Below are positions 52,174 through 57,204 of a DNA stretch of 61,053 nucleotides, piece after piece (position 1 is the stretch's first letter; the number at the start of each line of letters is the position of its first letter). The position numbers were made by a program, and so were the translations under genes. This DNA is from a virus: the IMG/VR virus record IMGVR_UViG_3300027793_000007; one strand, written 5' to 3'. Under the pieces are notes generated by a model, which did not search any database, was not told the DNA's origin, and worked only from the letters and a program-made list of their open reading frames with translations.

Positions 52174-52590
52174 TTAATCAGTTAAAGTAGAACCTAAGAG
52201 TGACGCAGTAATTGGGAGTCCTGCCATATAAAGTAACTTAGCAGCATTAGCGTAAGGTATTGCTCTTTGGGCGGCATTGTTCATTTTGTCATAAATAGCG
52301 TTCCTTCTTGCCCTAGCAGCTTCCATCTCTGTATACCTAGGGTGTTGCTTGTCGCTAAATGAGATGCCCTCTCTTTTTGCTTTAGCTGCCGCACTAGCTA
52401 CATCTTGCCTAGAGTCAACATAAGCATTTTCATATGCATCAAACTCTTTAGCGTACTTATCTGCATTAGAGAATCTGTTTAAAGCAAAGCCCTCTACAGC
52501 GTTCCTACCAAAGTAAGCTCCCGCACCTCCTAACCCTAATCCAATGCCACCACCTATCAGTCCATTACCTTGACTATCTTGAGTATTCAT
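52174..52590 (-). CDS. glycine-zipper-rich protein 7
   Basis: GNGLIGGGIGLGLGGAGAYFG. Confidence 0.55.
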   Translation of the reverse strand: MNTQDSQGNGLIGGGIGLGLGGAGAYFGRNAVEGFALNRFSNADKYAKEFDAYENAYVDSRQDVASAAAKAKREGISFSDKQHPRYTEMEAARARRNAIYDKMNNAAQRAIPYANAAKLLYMAGLPITASLLGSTLTD

Positions 52591-52597
52591 ATAAAAA

Positions 52598-52617
52598 GAC
52601 GCTACGCTATGGGGAAG
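52598..52617 (+). promoter_or_regulatory. phage promoter-like motif, copy 32
   Basis: gacgctacgctatggggaag, 28 nt upstream of ATG 52646. Confidence 0.6.
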
Positions 52618-52645
52618 AATAAACTAAGTATATCTCTAAACTTCT

Positions 52646-53455
52646 ATGACAAACGCACTAGACTTAGCACTTGCCAATGCAGCATCTAATATGCCTAAAG
52701 GTGAAGAACTACATCTCGAAAACCTAGATTCAATTGCTGACCCTACTATTGATAAACCTCTCCCAATTTTAGGCGACCATGTTGATAGTATTGGAGCATC
52801 CGTACTCCCCAAACCATTTGCTGACAAATACAATGAGTTCATGCAAGAGCAATACCAAAACGTAAGCACTGGGTTTAAAGGTGCATATTTAGTCAACGAC
52901 CCTGAGCAAGATGGTTTATTGCTATCAAGCATCAAAGTTGCTATTGCTAAAGTTGACCTAGCCAACATTCGTCTCGACGCTCTAGCCGACATGATTACCG
53001 CAATCTCTAATACCAATACAGCTATTTGCCTTACTATTGAAAAAGCAGCATCTATGTCCTCAGAACCAAACCACAAACATCGCTCTCTCCACGAATGGGA
53101 TGACTCAGCCCTCCTCAACGAACTGGTAGAACGTGAGAACGACCTTATGCCTTTCTACTACGAACTACTCAAGCGTATTGGATCGCCTGAACTACAATCC
53201 CTTGTCATGTCTTCCATGCAAGGAAAGAACGCATCTATGGTAACTCTAGCCCAATTGTGTTCTGCATTAGCTCCTAAGCCTATCAACGCCCAATCCAGCT
53301 ATCAATCAAGTAGTTTGGCTGAAGATCAAATGGCTAAACTACAGCAAATGAGCGCTGAAGAAGCAAATCATTTTGCACAACAAATGAACACTGTAGTCCC
53401 AAAAGCCCCTTATCCTACTCGTTCACAACCCTACAATCCATACAGCGCGTCATAA
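52646..53455 (+). CDS. hypothetical protein (269 aa)
   Basis: Track ORF, preferred over the antisense 52636..53118, which is S/R/C-rich junk. Confidence 0.6.
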   Translation: MTNALDLALANAASNMPKGEELHLENLDSIADPTIDKPLPILGDHVDSIGASVLPKPFADKYNEFMQEQYQNVSTGFKGAYLVNDPEQDGLLLSSIKVAIAKVDLANIRLDALADMITAISNTNTAICLTIEKAASMSSEPNHKHRSLHEWDDSALLNELVERENDLMPFYYELLKRIGSPELQSLVMSSMQGKNASMVTLAQLCSALAPKPINAQSSYQSSSLAEDQMAKLQQMSAEEANHFAQQMNTVVPKAPYPTRSQPYNPYSAS

Positions 53456-53458
53456 ACT

Positions 53459-53671
53459 ATGAAAATCTCTGAACTCATTGCAGAACTAACTAAACATTTA
53501 GAACAACATGGCGATGTACCAGTAGCCCTTGCTGATTGGCAAGAACAATGGGCAAGTCCTAACCTAGATATTGTCAATAAGGACAGTATATATGTTGACC
53601 ATCGTTTTCAACGATGGGAGAACAGAGGTACTGACAAAGTAGAATCTGTTTTAATCATTGGCTGGGTCTAA
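53459..53671 (+). CDS. hypothetical small protein related to the MTVNEL family
   Basis: MKISELIAELTKHLEQHGDVPV. Confidence 0.5.
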   Translation: MKISELIAELTKHLEQHGDVPVALADWQEQWASPNLDIVNKDSIYVDHRFQRWENRGTDKVESVLIIGWV

Positions 53672-53847
53672 GGTAGTATTCTCTGATTAAGTTGAGCTAA
53701 CTTAATCCTAACCATTTGCTCATTGACTTCCCTCAAACCCATACTCGAAAGTAGAGGTACTGTAGTCCTATCTCCCCTTAGATAAGATTCCAATACCTCT
53801 ATCTTTCTCTTAGCCATTCTTCTTTGTTGTGCCGCCCGACCTGCCAT
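53668..53847 (-). CDS. hypothetical small basic protein (59 aa)
   Basis: Track ORF trimmed to MAGRAAQQRRMAKRK, so it no longer overlaps the upstream gene. Confidence 0.45.
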   Translation of the reverse strand: MAGRAAQQRRMAKRKIEVLESYLRGDRTTVPLLSSMGLREVNEQMVRIKLAQLNQRILP

Positions 53848-53848
53848 C

Positions 53849-54388
53849 TTATCTACTACCCATAAATCTAGACACCATCTCACTTATAGGCGATCTATTC
53901 ATCTCTATCATATTGCCTATCTGTTCAGGGCTATACTGCTTCATTCTACTATGCAATACAGGAGCAGATGCCATTGCCAATACATCAGTAGGTATTCCTA
54001 GCCGATGCCCTATACCATAGCTAGTGCCTTCAGCTTGTATTTCCTGAAGTGCTGTTGGCAAATCACTCCCACTATGATTGAAACCTATATGCGCTAGTTC
54101 ATGATTAAGTATCTTTTGCTGATAAGGTAAATCATCCTTCAGCCACACATTCTTGTCCCATGCTAACCCTCTAGTCGTAGGGCTACTCTCAACTATTCTC
54201 AACTGGCTAGGATATTGTATCAAGTCTTTAACTATATTCACCCCTAACTCATCAAGCATCCTTGAGTTAACATCACTATACCTATCAGCATACTTAGCCA
54301 TTCCTTGAGTCATAGCTTCTCTATAGTTGACTTTACCAACATCATCAAGAGTCCGTATTAACTGTATCTCTCGCGCTATCCTACTCAT
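53849..54388 (-). CDS. HExxH zinc metallopeptidase (ImmA/IrrE- or SprT-like)
   Basis: ILNHELAHIGFNH. Start moved to ATG 54388 (MSRIAREIQ); the track start is a GTG inside hairpin element H0. Confidence 0.55.
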   Translation of the reverse strand: MSRIAREIQLIRTLDDVGKVNYREAMTQGMAKYADRYSDVNSRMLDELGVNIVKDLIQYPSQLRIVESSPTTRGLAWDKNVWLKDDLPYQQKILNHELAHIGFNHSGSDLPTALQEIQAEGTSYGIGHRLGIPTDVLAMASAPVLHSRMKQYSPEQIGNMIEMNRSPISEMVSRFMGSR

Positions 54389-54389
54389 T

Positions 54390-54418
54390 ACAGGGGACAC
54401 CCCTGTACGACCCCGCAC
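54390..54418 (+). repeat. hairpin element H0 (diverged member of the H family)
   Basis: acagggg-aca-cccctgt-acgaccccgcac. Aligns with acgggg-aga-ccccgt-gacaccccc of H1-H3. Confidence 0.5.
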
Positions 54419-54450
54419 AGGTGATAACTTTACATCAAGAGTCTACCACA

Positions 54451-54470
54451 CAGCGCCTCGGAAGAGGTGA
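54451..54470 (+). repeat. R element copy 1 (cagcgcctcggaagaggtga)
   Basis: Identical 20-mer at 54701. Contains the cctc-ggaa-gagg hairpin. Confidence 0.7.
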
Positions 54471-54522
54471 ATGTTTTAGTATCAGCGCTATTATCCTAGC
54501 AACGGTCATTGTATCCTCACAC

Positions 54523-54542
54523 CAGTGCCTCGAAAGAGGTGA
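54523..54542 (+). repeat. R element copy 2 (cagtgcctcgaaagaggtga)
   Basis: 18/20 match to R1. A half copy (cagcgcccc) sits at 54574-54582. Confidence 0.6.
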
Positions 54543-54700
54543 GTATTTGCAGATACTACGTCTATACCAACAACAGCGCCCCTTAATACCTGAAATACTC
54601 TGGAATAATGGGGCGATATCACTATATTAGACCCTATCCCCCACACTTCAGCGCATCGTAGATGCAAGAGTTTTGAGATAGACTTATCTACTGCGCTCAA

Positions 54701-54720
54701 CAGCGCCTCGGAAGAGGTGA
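54701..54720 (+). repeat. R element copy 3 (cagcgcctcggaagaggtga)
   Basis: Identical to 54451-54470. Confidence 0.7.
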
Positions 54721-54767
54721 GATTCTTTGGATAGGCTCTATTTACTCTTTCTTCCATTCCATTTGAA

Positions 54768-54806
54768 CCACGACGGGGAGACCCCGTGACACCCCCTTAC
54801 TTGATT
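54768..54806 (+). repeat. hairpin element H1
   Basis: ccacgacggggagaccccgtgacacccccttacttgatt, nearly identical to H3. Confidence 0.7.
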
Positions 54807-54834
54807 TTATACTTTCGCTTAAACCAAATTACTT

Positions 54835-54913
54835 CTGTCTTATTCATTGTCTTCTCTAATCTCTGTTCTATTCATTATCTTCTCTAATTACTGTAGTTCT
54901 ATCCATTATAACT
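54835..54913 (+). repeat. tandem repeat of about 27 bp, 2.5 copies
   Basis: ctgtcttattcattgtcttctctaat / ctctgttctattcattatcttctctaat / tactgtagttctatccattataact. Confidence 0.65.
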
Positions 54914-55047
54914 TACCTACGGCTCTGATATAGCTTCCTTTTTGGCTGTACTGGCTTTATATTTTTACTAAATGGAAGTACTTTATACAGGTTTTTGTTT
55001 ATCTGTTATACTCTACCCCACAACAACCTAAACCGCAGAACAAAAAA

Positions 55048-55080
55048 GGTACGGGGAGACTCCGTGACACTCCCTAAGAC
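55048..55080 (+). repeat. hairpin element H2
   Basis: ggtacggggagactccgtgacactccctaagac. Confidence 0.6.
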
Positions 55081-55132
55081 CAGCGCGTCTTACGCAAGTG
55101 TAGTCTTTCGTTCCACGCGCTGATGCTCATCA

Positions 55133-55170
55133 CACCACGGGGAGACCCCGTGACACCCCCTTACTTGATT
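55133..55170 (+). repeat. hairpin element H3
   Basis: caccacggggagaccccgtgacacccccttacttgatt; 7-bp GC stem with a 3-nt AGA loop. Confidence 0.7.
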
Positions 55171-55354
55171 ATACGTTTCCGTATGATACTCATTTGTACT
55201 AGTTGAGGGTGCGGTTGTTACATTGGCACATACATCGGCACATACATCGCACTACTTTGTAGCACATACACACTGCACGCAGAGGCTCTAGCACACCAGT
55301 TAGCTCTCACCTATCTACACAGTTGCCGACACATAGTGACTTGCATTCCATGCT

Positions 55355-55514
55355 CTGAGTTACTAGCACAGCACAGGTATATCGCCCTCAACAGTTGTAT
55401 CGTGTGTGAATTCCTTACCTTTCAGGCGCTGAGATGCTAGCACAGCACGGGTATCTGCTCCTCAACAGATATGTCTTCTACGAATTTCCTTGCCTAAAGG
55501 CGCTGGGATACTAG
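55355..55514 (+). repeat. 74-bp tandem repeat, 2.2 copies (about 70 percent identity)
   Basis: Units start ctgagttactagcacagcacagg (55355), ctgagatgctagcacagcacggg (55429) and ctgggatactag (55503). Confidence 0.65.
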
Positions 55515-55624
55515 TTATAGCCTAGAGCAGGGGGCGTTGCGGGGGGCGGCTAGCCATCCCGCACAGTGACTTAACTTTTTTACCTTCGGTCTGTGGGAGG
55601 CATACTTTATTTGGGATTAATCCT

Positions 55625-55951
55625 ATGTCTACTTTATTCTCTCTTGTTGGTTTCTGCGTTCAGTTGGTTGTTATCTTCTCCTCTATTGCACTCATCATTG
55701 ATACGCATGAGTATCTCTGCTCTCAAGACACTGCCGATGAGTCTGACGCTACGCTACCTATGACCACAAGCCACTGTGCTAAGTCAATGACAACTCCCGC
55801 TATTGTGACTACCATCAGTGAGTTTGAGCTTTACCCCGATATTAACTCTATGACTGTTAAGCAACTCAAGTCCTATGCCAAGGCTTCTGGCTTTACAGGA
55901 TACAGCGCACTCCGCAAGGCTGAGTTAATCAGCTTACTCTCAGAATTCTAG
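55625..55951 (+). CDS. membrane-anchored protein with a Rho-N/SAP-like C-terminal domain
   Basis: N-terminal TM segment LVGFCVQLVVIFSSIALII. The C-terminus MTVKQLKSYAKASGFTGYSALRKAELISLL fits the Rho_N/SAP pattern. Confidence 0.55.
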   Translation: MSTLFSLVGFCVQLVVIFSSIALIIDTHEYLCSQDTADESDATLPMTTSHCAKSMTTPAIVTTISEFELYPDINSMTVKQLKSYAKASGFTGYSALRKAELISLLSEF

Positions 55952-56046
55952 CCTATCTCGACAGCCACTTGTGATAAGCATGAGTGGCTTAACTCTCTTA
56001 ACTTCGTTTTGTTAATCATTGTATTTTATTAATTTGGAGATTAACC

Positions 56047-56592
56047 ATGTCTATTACTGCTAAGTCTAACAAGTCTGACATTTATGCTGCATACCTCGCC
56101 TCTCAAGAACGTATTGCACAGTTGGAGCGCAATGCTGAGGATGACCGCCGCAGAATTGGCGTGATGATGTATGAGCAGAATGTAGCTGCTCAACGCATTG
56201 TCGAATTAGAAGCTGAGGTTGAGCGCCTTAGCGATGAGCTTGCTGAAGCCAATGATGATGCTGACGCTCTTGACGATGCTCGTGATGTCATTAAGACGCA
56301 AGCCGCACGTATTAAATTGCTGTCTCAGAAGGTTGCGGCTCAGTCTAAGACAGCACCTCCTGCACAATCCAAGAAGCCAGCGCTTAAGCCAGAAGTGCCT
56401 GCGTCAGAACTTGAGTCCCAGCCCGTAGTTCAAGTCACCGATACTGACCGCCGCATCTGGTCAGCATTCAAAGCTCTCCCCCGCGAGAAGCGTCAGTCCT
56501 ATTACGACTTTGCCCGTGCAACCGTAGGTCATCTCGGTATCCACAATATCGTAGCTGTGCGCGAAGCTTACCTAGCTCAGCAAGCAGCGTAA
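56047..56592 (+). CDS. hypothetical coiled-coil protein (181 aa)
   Basis: Track ORF; GGAGA RBS. Confidence 0.6.
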   Translation: MSITAKSNKSDIYAAYLASQERIAQLERNAEDDRRRIGVMMYEQNVAAQRIVELEAEVERLSDELAEANDDADALDDARDVIKTQAARIKLLSQKVAAQSKTAPPAQSKKPALKPEVPASELESQPVVQVTDTDRRIWSAFKALPREKRQSYYDFARATVGHLGIHNIVAVREAYLAQQAA

Positions 56593-56600
56593 CCACCACA

Positions 56601-56649
56601 GCATCAGATGTCTAGCTCCTTAGTTAGATGTCTGATGCATTTTTTTTTC
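56601..56649 (+). terminator. rho-independent terminator
   Basis: 14-bp stem gcatcagatgtcta/tagatgtctgatgc (2 G-U pairs) followed by a T9 run. Confidence 0.8.
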
Positions 56650-56658
56650 TTATTCGCA

Positions 56659-56747
56659 GTCATGACCCTATGCAAATCTTGCATTATACACCTTCGTATA
56701 ATCAGGCTGTCAATTATACGCTTTCGTATAATCCTTTGCGTCATGAC
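56659..56747. promoter_or_regulatory. symmetric operator/promoter array: gtcatgac, 2 x (attatac-N6-gtataat), gtcatgac
   Basis: Palindromes at 56659-56666 and 56740-56747 bracket two 20-bp palindromes at 56683-56702 and 56713-56732. Each 20-bp palindrome ends in TATAAT. Confidence 0.6.
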
Positions 56748-56852
56748 GATAATGATGACGATGATGAAGGTTAAGTTGCTTAGTTCTAGGTAACTTAACT
56801 TTCTTAGCTACGCTTTGATGATTGTGTAAATTGTTTAGTTTTGGAGATTGCT

Positions 56853-57077
56853 ATGTATTCATATTGGAATCAATTTCGTTCAGTTCAATACTCACCTGAG
56901 TTTATTCAAGAACTTGAGCGTAGAGCTAATGCACCTCAAGTTTACATCAATACTACCACGATGAAGAAGATTGTAGTTTCTGCTAATCAGTTAGCTTTGC
57001 GTAAAGAGAGTCGTGACTTTAGGAACTACATTCCTTACGCCACGAGATTTTCTTCTTCTTCCTATATCGGTGATTAA
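56853..57077 (+). CDS. hypothetical protein (74 aa)
   Basis: Track ORF trimmed to the ATG 6 nt after GGAG. Confidence 0.55.
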   Translation: MYSYWNQFRSVQYSPEFIQELERRANAPQVYINTTTMKKIVVSANQLALRKESRDFRNYIPYATRFSSSSYIGD

Positions 57078-57142
57078 TCCCGCAGTCCTAAGCATGACTC
57101 TAAACTGCTTCCCTCATAGACCCTGCGTTACCCGAAAGGTAT

Positions 57143-57164
57143 GACGCTACGCTATGAGGGTGAC
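57143..57164 (+). promoter_or_regulatory. phage promoter-like motif, copy 33, upstream of the RNA polymerase gene
   Basis: gacgctacgctatgagggtga, 40 nt upstream of ATG 57205. Confidence 0.55.
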
Positions 57165-57204
57165 TTCTGATGTTTAGTTCATATCTAGTAAGGAGATATT
57201 GGTG

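Noticed and set aside
52636-53118. Reverse-strand ORF of 160 aa antisense to 52646..53455
   Set aside because: It is S/R/C-rich and low in complexity. The forward ORF is longer, has a motif copy upstream, and has ordinary protein composition.
54421-54757. Track ORFs 54421..54630 (+) and 54506..54757 (-)
   Set aside because: Both are built from the R/H repeat elements, lack an RBS, and have implausible composition. I treat the region as non-coding.
55738-55752. Partial motif gacgctacgctacct inside gene 55625..55951 (also tagctacgctttgat at 56806 and ccctacggggg at 2309)
   Set aside because: These have the 5' half only, without the GGGATAG part. The first is in frame and encodes DATL. I did not count them as regulon members, although a formal matrix scan might.
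56608-56793. Track ORF (61 aa) after gene 56047..56592
   Set aside because: It starts inside a strong terminator hairpin and runs through the palindromic operator array. Its sequence (FFFLF..IIRLSIIRFRIIL) reflects the repeats.
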